DNA of 64,000 nucleotides from IMG/VR virus record IMGVR_UViG_3300028364_000013; one strand, 5' to 3'. Under the pieces are notes generated by a model. It searched no databases. It worked only from the letters and a program-made list of their open reading frames with translations, and was not told where the DNA came from. Below, one piece after another: positions 26,603 through 36,231 of this stretch. Each line of letters opens with the position of its first letter. The stretch's first letter is position 1. The translations under genes were made by a program, and so were the position numbers. The stretch is from a virus. Taxonomy: Duplodnaviria > Caudoviricetes.

Positions 26603-26911
26603 ATGGCTGAAAAAGAAACACCTATAAACCCTAAAATTAGAGTTAAACTCCAAGAGTTAATAGAATCAAACACTATTAGGTCTGGTGCCGCCTTTCATAT
26701 AGATGAACTTGATGAGGATGGTTTTAGCTATGCTCTTAATAAAGGTTTTAAACTAACTCCAAGAGAAGCTGGCGCAAATTGCGAAAATGCTCTTAAAGAG
26801 GTTATTAAGAAATCTACAAAGAAAATCAGAGGAATGATTGACTCAAAAGAGTTAAAACAAAACATTTTTCTTAAAAGATTTAATGAAACATTTGAAATAG
26901 AGACATTATGA
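26603..26911 (+). CDS. Hypothetical protein
   Basis: 102-aa ORF after an ECF-type promoter (26556-26583). Confidence 0.6.
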   Translation: MAEKETPINPKIRVKLQELIESNTIRSGAAFHIDELDEDGFSYALNKGFKLTPREAGANCENALKEVIKKSTKKIRGMIDSKELKQNIFLKRFNETFEIETL

Positions 26912-27198
26912 AATCAAGAGAAGAACAAATTAAGTTTATCATAGAGCAGATGGACTTTGATAAAATTAACAAAGTAATGGATTTCCTTGGATGGACTTGG
27001 AGGTGCGATGCCGAAGGGAGAAGAACTCCAACAGCAAAAGAGCTTAAGATTGCTGCTGTGCATTGTATCAATCAAGCTTGGGATTCTGAAGACAAAATCT
27101 ATAACTCTGGAGGTTTTGAGTGCGAAGTAATCAATGGAATAATTGAGTTGAAATTCGTAATCGAAAGAGTAAATCCTCTATCTGAAATATTTGGCTAA
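26908..27198 (+). CDS. Hypothetical phage protein
   Basis: ATGA-coupled; MDFDKINKVMDFLGWTW. Confidence 0.6.
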   Translation: MKSREEQIKFIIEQMDFDKINKVMDFLGWTWRCDAEGRRTPTAKELKIAAVHCINQAWDSEDKIYNSGGFECEVINGIIELKFVIERVNPLSEIFG

Positions 27199-27553
27199 AC
27201 ATATGGACTTTTTAGAAAAACATAAAACTGAGGTAGATATATTATTTCAAATTACCAAAAAATACATTAAAGATAAATTTGATGTAGAAATTGTTGATTT
27301 AGAATCTATCAAGAATAAATCGAGAAAAAGACCTCTTGTATATTCCAGAAAAATAATTATGGTAATTTTAATGGAGGTGTATAATAACCAAAAATACACC
27401 CAGGAGCAAATTGCCGAAGTTGTTGGCTTGGACAGAACTTCTTTAATACATCACTGTAAAACACATCTAAATGATTATAGCATTCTCAAAGGCTATAAAG
27501 AAGAGTATGATGTTATGAGAGATGAATTCCTTGAAAAAATAAAAGAATGTTAG
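27191..27553 (+). CDS. DnaA domain IV-like HTH protein
   Basis: IKNKSRKRPLVYSRKIIM...TQEQIAEVVGLDRTSLIH. Confidence 0.6.
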   Translation: MAKHMDFLEKHKTEVDILFQITKKYIKDKFDVEIVDLESIKNKSRKRPLVYSRKIIMVILMEVYNNQKYTQEQIAEVVGLDRTSLIHHCKTHLNDYSILKGYKEEYDVMRDEFLEKIKEC

Positions 27554-27834
27554 AAGATTATAGGTCAATAATGAAAGAGAACTGGCAATCAAATTTTGCT
27601 GGGATTATGTTGCCAATATACATTGTTTCAATGGTATTATCACTAATATTTAGAGAAAGCATAGTTGTTTCCATTATTGTTGGCGCAGCATCTCTTTTAT
27701 TTGCTGTTTCTTTGTGGCTCGTTATTAAGGTTAGGCATAAAGAAAAAATGGCAGAACTCGACAAGTGCAGAAATTCATTTGTTTCAAGATATGGTGAAGA
27801 ACCAAAGACTTTTAAAGAAATGAGAAAAGACTAA
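27547..27834 (+). CDS. Membrane protein
   Basis: Two hydrophobic segments. Confidence 0.6.
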   Translation: MLEDYRSIMKENWQSNFAGIMLPIYIVSMVLSLIFRESIVVSIIVGAASLLFAVSLWLVIKVRHKEKMAELDKCRNSFVSRYGEEPKTFKEMRKD

Positions 27835-28147
27835 CCTTGTTTATTAACTGGAAAGTTTTCTACTTTATTATTCGCATCAATTACAAGTATTGGAATCTCT
27901 CCAAAACCTAATTCTATTGCAGCATAAGCTCTATGCCTTCCATCGTGGTCAATTACCACATCTCCATCAACATATAGAGTTGGTGGGTCGATTTCTTTTC
28001 CAGATTTCATGTGAATTTTCAAATCTTCTATGTTTTCAATAGTTTCTTCATCCATTTTAAGCTCTGGAACTAATCTTAAAAAAATCATTGGGACTTTTAT
28101 AGAAAATCTTTCCACCTCTTTTTTTTATAATCTGAATCACCATACAT
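27831..28147 (-). CDS. ParB-N/sulfiredoxin-like protein, 5' end apparently frameshifted
   Basis: IDPPTL...DHDGRHRAYAA; ATG at 28147 follows TATTTATA (28165-28172) but needs two homopolymer corrections to reach the called frame. Confidence 0.6.
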
Positions 28148-28178
28148 TGGTGGGTCAGATAATGTATAAATAATAACC

Positions 28179-29081
28179 TTATTCATTTATACGCAAATCT
28201 TTCTCGATTAATTTCCTGATATAATCAGACACGTTTGTGTTTCCAATTTTATCAATCATCTTATCATATATATCTTTCTTAATCCTAAGATTTAATCTAT
28301 AAGACTCTGGTTTACTTTTATCAACAAAAAGCCCATGTAATTCAACATCAATAGCATCTTTGCTCCCAAGTGTTTTACACATACTATCATACCATTCTTT
28401 GTTGTTGTAGTTTGGGTTATCGGTATAGTCAAAGCTAAGGTGAGAAAAATCTACTTCTTCTCTAATAGACTGAAACCAAACATCATAAAAGAAGTTAATG
28501 CCATTTGTAGATGAGTAAATAATTATTTTTGGGTTATTCGTAAAATCACTAATTAATGTGGTCCAAATTTCTTTTGCTTCTTTCATAAAAGCTACCTCAT
28601 CCATAATAACCATATCAAATCTATACCCTCTAAGTGCGGATGGACTTGCAGGAAGAGCTTTTATATAGCTACCATTATCCAGTCTTATCTCATCTTTATT
28701 ATCTTTAACAAAATTATCTTCCCAGTGAAATATATCGTTTGAATAGCTCTGTAGTATTATTCTTACAAGCTCTATAAATCTAACAGCCTGGTCTTTTTTT
28801 GGGCATATTATAGCTATGGATTTATCAAAAGAGAAGATAAGCTTCCAGGCGCAGTATGCAGCTGAAAGAGATGTCATGTGCATTTGCCTTGACTTCTTTG
28901 TTACACTTAAGTTGTTTTCATGTATGTGTCTTAGGAACTTTTCTTCAAAGTCCATCATCTCAAGATATTCACACTTCCAGGTTTTATTGTTTATACCCAA
29001 CCTGTTCTCTTTAATGAATTTAATTGGGTCTTCTGAGTACTCTCTGTGTTTAATTATTTCTGCTTCTTTCATAATTGTCAT
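28179..29081 (-). CDS. Terminase large-subunit ATPase-like domain fused to C-terminal RHH, no nuclease domain
   Basis: KKSRQMHMT (Walker A-like), LDNGSYI, LRGY, VIMDEVAF (Walker B), SSTNG; ends YRLNLRIKKDIYDKM...NVSDYIRKLIEKDL. Confidence 0.7.
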   Translation of the reverse strand: MTIMKEAEIIKHREYSEDPIKFIKENRLGINNKTWKCEYLEMMDFEEKFLRHIHENNLSVTKKSRQMHMTSLSAAYCAWKLIFSFDKSIAIICPKKDQAVRFIELVRIILQSYSNDIFHWEDNFVKDNKDEIRLDNGSYIKALPASPSALRGYRFDMVIMDEVAFMKEAKEIWTTLISDFTNNPKIIIYSSTNGINFFYDVWFQSIREEVDFSHLSFDYTDNPNYNNKEWYDSMCKTLGSKDAIDVELHGLFVDKSKPESYRLNLRIKKDIYDKMIDKIGNTNVSDYIRKLIEKDLRINE

Positions 29082-29131
29082 ACAAGCTTTTTTTTACTTG
29101 TCATACATAAATAGTTTTAGAATTTATAAAC

Positions 29132-29250
29132 GAAACATTTAGACTTTAAATTCGTATAACAAAAGCAATTTTATTTCCTTAATTTTGAGTTATTAACATG
29201 TTGATAACTTTTTGAAACAAAATAAAACATTTTTAATTTCAAAACGTATA
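29132..29250 (+). promoter_or_regulatory. Two tandem ECF-type promoters upstream of the RpoD-like gene
   Basis: GAAAC-N16-CGTATAA (29132-29159) and AAAC-N16-CGTATA (29225-29250). Confidence 0.6.
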
Positions 29251-29281
29251 GTAGTCAGACAAAACAAAATCTAAATAGAAT

Positions 29282-30220
29282 ATGAGACAACTGAAAATTA
29301 CAAAATCAATCACAAATCGTGATTCAGAATCATTTAACAAATATCTTGCAGAAGTAAGTAACATTGGAGACGTTATCTCTCCAGAAGAAGAAATAGAACT
29401 CGCTAAGAGAGTTAGAGCTGGTGATGAAAAAGCTGCAGAAAAATTAATTAAAGCCAATCTTAGATTCGTTGTATCAGTTGCTAAGCAATACAGTGGAAAA
29501 GCTCCTCTTTCAGATTTAATTCAAGAAGGAAACATTGGAATGATTAAAGCTGCTCACAAATTTGATGAGACAAGAGGTTTTAAATTTATATCATATGCTG
29601 TATGGTGGATTCGTCAATCTATATTGCAATCAATTGCTGATGATGGAAGGATGATTAGATTGCCTTTAAATAAGCTCGGTAATCTTAATAAAATTAAAGC
29701 TGCGATTTCTGATTTGAATCAACACCTGGAGAGACAGCCTACCGAAGAAGAGATTTCTGAATTCCTTATAAAACAGGAGTTAGAAAAGGGTGTTCACACA
29801 TCTGGTCCAAGCAAGGGTCAACCAAAAGGAGATGTTTCAAGGTTTACTGTTGAAAAGATTAGGTATGCGCAAGATGAAGGTCAAACAATGAGCTCTATTG
29901 ATGCTCCTATGACAACTGATTCAGACTCAGGAACAATGAGCGACTTAATAGAGGGAGAAGATGAGCATGACATTAATAAAGTTCTTAAAAACTCTGACCT
30001 ACAAGTTGAACTTAAGAGAATAATGCAAAGCCTTACTTATAGAGAAAAAGATGTCTTAATATTATATTTCGGATTATTCGGAACAGCTCCAATAAGTCTT
30101 GAAGAGATTGGTATTAAGTATGACCTTACAAGAGAGAGAGTTAGACAAATTAAAGAAAAAGGAGTTAGGAGATTAAAGAGTAGAATTAGAAATACTTCTC
30201 TAAAAGAGTATGCTCGTTAG
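29282..30220 (+). CDS. RpoD/SigA-like sigma-70 factor, Bacteroidota type
   Basis: MRQLKITKSITNR, ANLRFVVSVAKQY, DLIQEGNIG, FKFISYAVWWIRQSI, LTRERVRQI. Confidence 0.93.
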   Translation: MRQLKITKSITNRDSESFNKYLAEVSNIGDVISPEEEIELAKRVRAGDEKAAEKLIKANLRFVVSVAKQYSGKAPLSDLIQEGNIGMIKAAHKFDETRGFKFISYAVWWIRQSILQSIADDGRMIRLPLNKLGNLNKIKAAISDLNQHLERQPTEEEISEFLIKQELEKGVHTSGPSKGQPKGDVSRFTVEKIRYAQDEGQTMSSIDAPMTTDSDSGTMSDLIEGEDEHDINKVLKNSDLQVELKRIMQSLTYREKDVLILYFGLFGTAPISLEEIGIKYDLTRERVRQIKEKGVRRLKSRIRNTSLKEYAR

Positions 30221-30264
30221 AACATTTTTATTACATTTGTGTATAACCTAATAATAGTTATTTT

Positions 30265-30666
30265 ATGAATGAAGGCAAAAGAGTAATGAAAATTGGTCTG
30301 GACATCCATGGTGTCTGTGATGCAAACCCAGAATTTTTTGTTGAGCTGTCAAAATTATTTGTCAACTCAGGACATGAGGTGATTATAATCACTGGAAGAA
30401 TGAAATCTCATGGAGCTATAGAAGAAATTGAAGAAATTGGAATATCATATACCAAATTTTATTCCATAGTTGATTATCATATTGAAATGGGTACAGAAGT
30501 GATATACGATGAAAAAGGAAACCCGTGGATTGATGATGACTTATGGAATCGTACAAAAGCAGAGATTTGTGAAAAAGAAAATATAGATTTTCATATTGAT
30601 GATTCTCCAATTTATGGTCAATATTTTAAAACTTCATATGCACAAATTATTATAAAAAAAGACTAA
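30265..30666 (+). CDS. HAD-superfamily (5'-nucleotidase-like) protein
   Basis: IGLDIHGV, IITGR, FHIDDS. Confidence 0.65.
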   Translation: MNEGKRVMKIGLDIHGVCDANPEFFVELSKLFVNSGHEVIIITGRMKSHGAIEEIEEIGISYTKFYSIVDYHIEMGTEVIYDEKGNPWIDDDLWNRTKAEICEKENIDFHIDDSPIYGQYFKTSYAQIIIKKD

Positions 30667-30752
30667 CTTTTATATTTCCACACATATTTGTATGCCGTTT
30701 TCCTTTCACGCCTACAAACCTTTGCTATAACATTTATTTATAAATTTAGAAT

Positions 30753-31454
30753 ATGAAAAAAGAGGACTTCACAGAACTTCTAACCGACTTGTATTTAGCA
30801 TATAATCCAGACTTTATTAAGTATGTACCACAGTTAGTTGAAAAATATAATAGAATTGAATTTGATGCAGTTCACAACGTTCTCATGAAATATAATCATG
30901 AGTCATACAATTACTACGATGCCTCTAAATCAACTGATGACTATATCCACTCTCTAATAAAAGATTATAGCGAAGGTAACAAATCGTTAAAAGGATTTAC
31001 TGTAGAAATGCAGATTTTAAGAAATAAAGAAGAAGAAGCTGGAAAGTCTGAAGAACAAAAGAAACTTGAGGAGGCTGCCAACAAAAAAGCTCAAGAAGAA
31101 CTTTCTGGAATTAAAAGTCAAATAGGAGAATCTGAAAAAAAGATAATAGACGCTCAAGAAAAATTGGATGCAAGATTAAAAGAAATAAATCAGCAACTTG
31201 AAAACACTGAGCCATTAGTTCAAAAAGCTTCTATATATGATGATGTAGAAATTTCTATTAAATCTAACTATACAGACTCAGAACTTGAACTCCCGAACAA
31301 AGAGGTTCTTGCTGGGCTTGGAAAAGGTACCAGACTAATTGTTCCAGATAAAAACGGAAAGATGGTTGGACTTATAGTTGAGGAGATTCTTTATGATTGT
31401 ATTTCCCATCCAATGGGAACTCCTATTGTAGAAATTATAATCAATAAACATTAA
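30753..31454 (+). CDS. Coiled-coil hypothetical protein
   Basis: 233 aa, central K/E-rich helix. Confidence 0.65.
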   Translation: MKKEDFTELLTDLYLAYNPDFIKYVPQLVEKYNRIEFDAVHNVLMKYNHESYNYYDASKSTDDYIHSLIKDYSEGNKSLKGFTVEMQILRNKEEEAGKSEEQKKLEEAANKKAQEELSGIKSQIGESEKKIIDAQEKLDARLKEINQQLENTEPLVQKASIYDDVEISIKSNYTDSELELPNKEVLAGLGKGTRLIVPDKNGKMVGLIVEEILYDCISHPMGTPIVEIIINKH

Positions 31455-32272
31455 TGGCCAAGGATGGTAAAATAGAATATGTAGAAGTTGAAGGTATTAA
31501 GTGTGAAATTAAGAACCCTAAGAGAAAGGCAATCTCTCAATATTATCAAGAAAGTCTTCGTGGAGAAATTGATAACTATATAGGCTCAATAGACCGTTGG
31601 TCTGAAAGCTCAAGAGCATATAGAGACAGTCTCAAAATAAATGTTATAATTGCACCTTTTGTTTTGGGATGGCTAAGAAAACCAGAAGACGAAGATGAAT
31701 ATCTTGTAATAAAAGGATACATGACTTTGGAAGAGCTTCAAAAAAAGAGAGACAAGGCTTCAGGAAAAAAAGTAACGAGAAAAAGAAAGCCAGCAGTTAA
31801 AAAAGCTGAAGAGACTATAATAGCAAAGAAACCTGTTGCTCCTAAAAAACCAACTGTAGCATCAATAGCTAAAAAACCAGCAACTAAAGGGCTCACAAAG
31901 GGGCCAGTTAAAGCTGAAGAAAAAGCTAAACCAGCTATTAAAAAGACTGTAACTACCAGAAAATCAGCAATTAAGAATGGGGCCACAAAAGGGCCAGTAA
32001 AGGGCTCAGCTAAACCAACTGCTGCAAAGCCAGTAGCAAAAAAACCAACTGTTGCAAAGAAGGTTGTTGCAAAGAAGCAGGATTCACCTATTAAAAAAGC
32101 AGCATCACCCAAGATTGTAACTACCAGAAAACCAGCTGTTAAAAAAGTTGTAGAAGCGAAAAAGTCAGTTATCACAAAGAAACCAGTTGTTAAAAAGCAG
32201 GATTCTCCAGTAAAAAAAACAGTCATAAAAAAAGCCGCCCCTAAGGCAGCTTCTAAAACTTCTAAGAAGTAA
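31454..32272 (+). CDS. Protein with histone H1-like K/A/P-rich tail
   Basis: About 170 residues of KKP(A/V)xK repeats after a globular N-terminus. Confidence 0.75.
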   Translation: MAKDGKIEYVEVEGIKCEIKNPKRKAISQYYQESLRGEIDNYIGSIDRWSESSRAYRDSLKINVIIAPFVLGWLRKPEDEDEYLVIKGYMTLEELQKKRDKASGKKVTRKRKPAVKKAEETIIAKKPVAPKKPTVASIAKKPATKGLTKGPVKAEEKAKPAIKKTVTTRKSAIKNGATKGPVKGSAKPTAAKPVAKKPTVAKKVVAKKQDSPIKKAASPKIVTTRKPAVKKVVEAKKSVITKKPVVKKQDSPVKKTVIKKAAPKAASKTSKK

Positions 32273-32464
32273 TTATTTTTTAGAATGTTTCTCTAACAAG
32301 TGAGCATTCAAAAGCATGACTGCTGAGCTATCATCTTCTGCAACTACTGTCCATGTTGGAGTTTTTACTGTAAATGGGTCCAATAGTTTTGGATTGCTGT
32401 TTACAGATTCTTCTTTAGTGAAAAGTATATCCCCATTTCCACCTTCATATAAAACGTATTTCAT
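32273..32464 (-). CDS. Hypothetical protein
   Basis: 63 aa with TATTTATA motif at 32480-32487. Confidence 0.55.
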   Translation of the reverse strand: MKYVLYEGGNGDILFTKEESVNSNPKLLDPFTVKTPTWTVVAEDDSSAVMLLNAHLLEKHSKK

Positions 32465-32498
32465 AGCTATTGATTTGTATATAAATAGATAATAAAAT

Positions 32499-32861
32499 TT
32501 ACCTTATAAAGAACTTCTGAGTATATAAACCTATTTTTAGGACATATATACCTTGTGGCAATCCTTCTGTGTAAACAACGTCTTCGTTTCCGTTTCTAAC
32601 AATCTGCCCCATCATATTATACAGTTCGAAGTTAGAAGGACTTGATAGATAAATGTTATTGTCACCACTCTTAGAATATGTGTAAAATATTTGACTCTCA
32701 TTTTGAATTGCTATCACGTCAAAAGTTTCTTTTTCTCCATCATAATCCACTTGAGAAAGTCTATAATAAGTGTATGATATAAATGGCTTCACATCTGTGT
32801 ATTCATACCTAATTGTTGATGCGCTGTTTCCTGCGCCTTTAACAGTAGATAATGTATTCAT
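32499..32861 (-). CDS. T9SS type-A C-terminal-domain protein (likely N-truncated)
   Basis: GAGNS..YEYTD..TYYRLSQVDYDG and LYNMMGQIV..LPQGIYVLKI..KFFI; no signal peptide. Confidence 0.7.
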   Translation of the reverse strand: MNTLSTVKGAGNSASTIRYEYTDVKPFISYTYYRLSQVDYDGEKETFDVIAIQNESQIFYTYSKSGDNNIYLSSPSNFELYNMMGQIVRNGNEDVVYTEGLPQGIYVLKIGLYTQKFFIR

Positions 32862-32866
32862 TATTC

Positions 32867-33136
32867 TTAATTATGTTCGTGATTGTGTTGACACTTCTTG
32901 TGGTGTCTATAGTCTTTGATTCCTATTACTAAAGTAAGTATCCCAATTACACCCCAAACTAAAGCAAAGAAAGGGCTGTGCATCACCTTTTCAATCCAAC
33001 TACTATGGTCGTGCTCATGAACGTGTTCTGTAGAGTAAGCAACCAAAAGCATTGATTGAATGAATTGAATTATATGAAACATTCCATGAAGAAAGTTTAA
33101 CACACCAACAGATATTAATATTAAAGAGCGTTTCAT
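32867..33136 (-). CDS. His-rich two-TM membrane protein
   Basis: HVHEHDH loop, HHKKCQHNHEHN tail. Confidence 0.6.
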   Translation of the reverse strand: MKRSLILISVGVLNFLHGMFHIIQFIQSMLLVAYSTEHVHEHDHSSWIEKVMHSPFFALVWGVIGILTLVIGIKDYRHHKKCQHNHEHN

Positions 33137-33549
33137 TACTTAGTTTTTAAGGCGTTTTCTTGAATTATACCCATCAACAAAGAATTGTACAACTCTAATT
33201 CCTCATTCTTCTTAATCAATTTTACATTTACATCTATAATTGAATCACGAGCGTTCTCTGTAGTTTTTATGATTCCATCTCTGCTATCAGTAAATTCAAA
33301 TATAGAAAGAAGCGTATCTCCTACCTCATGCTTGTAGTTTGTGTAATAAAATACACTTCCAGAGTTAGTCTTTAACTTAACTCTATAAGGATAAATACTT
33401 TGCAGACAATCTGAACAATTTGATGACTCTACTGTCTTTTCAACTTGCTCAACCACAAGACTGTTCTCAATTGAAGCTTCTCCTTCTGGGCCACAAGATG
33501 TAAATAATATAGCCACTAATAATACTGATAATAATTTAAACTGTTTCAT
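33136..33549 (-). CDS. Putative lipoprotein
   Basis: Signal ending AILFTS-C. Confidence 0.6.
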   Translation of the reverse strand: MKQFKLLSVLLVAILFTSCGPEGEASIENSLVVEQVEKTVESSNCSDCLQSIYPYRVKLKTNSGSVFYYTNYKHEVGDTLLSIFEFTDSRDGIIKTTENARDSIIDVNVKLIKKNEELELYNSLLMGIIQENALKTK

Positions 33550-33611
33550 TTTCTGTTTTTAATATTGGCTCAGCATCTTCAAAGACTACCTCTACCTTGT
33601 TTATAATTGTG

Positions 33612-34538
33612 TTAATTAAAATCTTCTTGCAATTTCCATAGAGGACCAAAAGGGGTTGGAATTCTACTATAAGTAAACTCTTTATCTTTAGTAAATATTG
33701 GCGGAGCTATTATTGACCAACGACTTCTAATTACTTTACCAGATGGTCTTTTGTTTTCTGGAATATTTTTCAAGTCAATTATAGCTTCATAATTTTCTCT
33801 ACAAATAAACCCACCCCTTTTAAACCTTACTGGGTAATCATTCCAATTAACCCCTTTTTGAGTCATCATCATATCTTGCATTTCATTTGTAGATTTTTTG
33901 TGAAGCTCTTTGTGAGAAAATAATGACTGTGCTGCCATTGAAATTGAATTCCTTGTAGCGTCTTGTTGCCTCCAAACAAAACAATTATGAACTTCATATG
34001 GGTCAGAAAAACACATAACTCTTGCATCAAAAAATGCAAGATTTGAATTAATTGGCATATAATTTATAAACGAAGAAATATCATCTCTTACAACTTCTAA
34101 ATTTGTTCCAACTTCATAATGCTCTCCAATAGTTTTATCATTTTCCTGTACTATATTTGTTTCAGGACCACAAAAATATCTAAACATTCTAAGTTGATTA
34201 AACTTAGCTGAAGCCATAGAAGCAGAAATAGATACTATTTTTTGAACTTGATTTTTAAATAATGGTTGAGCACTATCAGAACCAACAGTAGTTATAAAAA
34301 TAGAAATTTCATCAGATTGAACGTAAGCAAACTTAGCGCCCTGAAGATTCTCACACAAAAACCTTGCTGTCTCATCCATATCAGATGAAAATGCCTCATC
34401 AAATGGCCTTTTTAAACCTTTAGTGTAAGTGTGAAATGCCTTTCCATCTAGTCGAATTACTAAATAACTCCTAGGTCCCAAATAAGACCTGCTACTAAAC
34501 TCATAATTTTTCATTCTATCCCCTAAATCATCTTTCAT
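33612..34538 (-). CDS. tRNA(His) guanylyltransferase Thg1
   Basis: DRMKNYE, IRLDGKAFH, AYVQSDEIS, FFDAR, WRQQDATRNSI. Confidence 0.92.
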   Translation of the reverse strand: MKDDLGDRMKNYEFSSRSYLGPRSYLVIRLDGKAFHTYTKGLKRPFDEAFSSDMDETARFLCENLQGAKFAYVQSDEISIFITTVGSDSAQPLFKNQVQKIVSISASMASAKFNQLRMFRYFCGPETNIVQENDKTIGEHYEVGTNLEVVRDDISSFINYMPINSNLAFFDARVMCFSDPYEVHNCFVWRQQDATRNSISMAAQSLFSHKELHKKSTNEMQDMMMTQKGVNWNDYPVRFKRGGFICRENYEAIIDLKNIPENKRPSGKVIRSRWSIIAPPIFTKDKEFTYSRIPTPFGPLWKLQEDFN

Positions 34539-34648
34539 ATTTTATGTTTTTTTAATATTATACGTAAATTAAAAATAAATGTTTCAACTTCATTGTAGAG
34601 AAAATGATGTATTTATAAAATTTTACATATTTATATAAAAACAAAAAT

Positions 34649-35452
34649 ATGAAACAATTAGAAGATGGTATTGAAAATCAGATAATAAAATTATACAAAG
34701 AAGGTATGAGTAATAAAAATCTATCAATTAAATTTAATTTACATAGAACTACGATTCAAAGATTGTTAAAAAAAGAAAAAATAAAATTACATAAAAGAAA
34801 AAGCGATTTAGTATGTAATAAAAGTTTCTTCATGTCTTATACAAAAGAAAGCTGTTACTGGGCTGGGTTTATATTAGCCGATGGATATATTAGAAAAAAC
34901 AGCAGTAATCTACACATTAAACTACATAAAAGAGATTCTAATCATCTAATTAATTTTTTGAGATGTTTGGATATATTGGAATCAGATATTTTAAACATGG
35001 TTAAATACAGAGAAAATGATAAAGAAAACTATTGTTATATAGATTTACATATTGATGAATTTATTATTGGATTGAGAGATTTGTTTTCAATAGTTAATAA
35101 AAAATCTTTAACTGCTAAAATAGATAATAAAATTCCAGAAAATATGCTAAAACATTTTATTAGAGGTTACTTTGATGGAGATGGGAGTATAAGTTCTGTG
35201 AGAAAAATATATCCTGTAATATCTTTTACTGGAACTCTGGAAGTTTTAAATAGTATTATTGATTTTTGTTCTAAAAACAAATTAAAAGAAAACCATAAAC
35301 CTAAAATTTATATTAGGTATCACAATATAGTGGGTTCATTCGCTTACTATGGTAAGGATTTTATAAAAAAATATTATAATTTATTATATGAAGATTCTAA
35401 TGAAAAAATTGAATTAAAAAGGAAAAAGGAAAAAATAATATCTTTTTTATAA
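34649..35452 (+). CDS. Free-standing LAGLIDADG homing endonuclease with N-terminal HTH
   Basis: YWAGFILADG and HFIRGYFDGDG; TATTTATA motifs at 34610 and 34628. Confidence 0.88.
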   Translation: MKQLEDGIENQIIKLYKEGMSNKNLSIKFNLHRTTIQRLLKKEKIKLHKRKSDLVCNKSFFMSYTKESCYWAGFILADGYIRKNSSNLHIKLHKRDSNHLINFLRCLDILESDILNMVKYRENDKENYCYIDLHIDEFIIGLRDLFSIVNKKSLTAKIDNKIPENMLKHFIRGYFDGDGSISSVRKIYPVISFTGTLEVLNSIIDFCSKNKLKENHKPKIYIRYHNIVGSFAYYGKDFIKKYYNLLYEDSNEKIELKRKKEKIISFL

Positions 35453-35548
35453 TAATAATTTACACCAATCACCCATTGTTTCAAATTTCATATTAATTCT
35501 TATTTTGTATAGTCAATTTGTTATACGCAATAAAAACAAAAATGTTCT

Positions 35549-35585
35549 AAAAAAAACGCCCTCATTTCTGAAAGCGTTTTTATTT
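35549..35585. terminator. Putative intrinsic terminator
   Basis: AAAAAACGC...GCGTTTTT hairpin with A and T tracts. Confidence 0.5.
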
Positions 35586-35652
35586 TTATTAAAATTAAGT
35601 AATTTATGTAGATGAATCAGCAATAACGCTTCCAGCTCCAAGATTAACAGAA

Positions 35653-36231
35653 TTAATATTTCCTTCTTGTTGCAGTAACAATTATTTCACCAAAAACTTT
35701 AGATAAATAATCACTTGAATTGTTGTTAACTAATTCTATATAAGCATTAAAAACAGCAGCAGCCTTTGTATCAAACGCATCTTTACCAATTCTTTTAGAA
35801 TCATATGCAGACTTTAATCCAGCTATTGTATCTGTTGCTTTTTCTGCCAAAGCATTAATACCATCAATATAACCTTTTATCTCGATATCTTGAAGGATGG
35901 TGTCATAAGAATCAGCAGCCTCTTTAGAGAGTTCTAAAATAGCATCTTTAGACACACTCTTTACTTCTGCAAAAGTAGCGTTTGTAGTTGTGTTAAACCC
36001 ACTTCTAATAAAGGCAACCTTTTCTCCAAATGGAGGCGTACTTCTCCATAGTGAAGCATATACTTCTCCTCCAGAGTTTAAAACTTCTTGTTTGTTTAGA
36101 ACTAAGTTTGGATTATTTATATCTTCTATAACAGTCCATACTCCAGGTTCTATGTTTAAGATTATATTTTCTCCTTTTTTATTAAGAGTTGAAATCTTCG
36201 ATATTCTTCTTGTTTTTATAGCTACTAACAT
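35653..36231 (-). CDS. Hypothetical protein
   Basis: 192 aa with TATTTATA motif at 36245-36252. Confidence 0.65.
   Translation of the reverse strand: MLVAIKTRRISKISTLNKKGENIILNIEPGVWTVIEDINNPNLVLNKQEVLNSGGEVYASLWRSTPPFGEKVAFIRSGFNTTTNATFAEVKSVSKDAILELSKEAADSYDTILQDIEIKGYIDGINALAEKATDTIAGLKSAYDSKRIGKDAFDTKAAAVFNAYIELVNNNSSDYLSKVFGEIIVTATRRKY

Noticed and set aside
31738-32226. 162-aa hydrophobic minus-strand ORF
   Set aside because: Antisense shadow of the Lys/Ala-rich tail (AAA read as TTT).
33550-33611. Possible displaced old C-terminus after Thg1 (TIINKVEVVFEDAEPILKTE)
   Set aside because: Open frame, but no convincing similarity to the Thg1 tail by eye.
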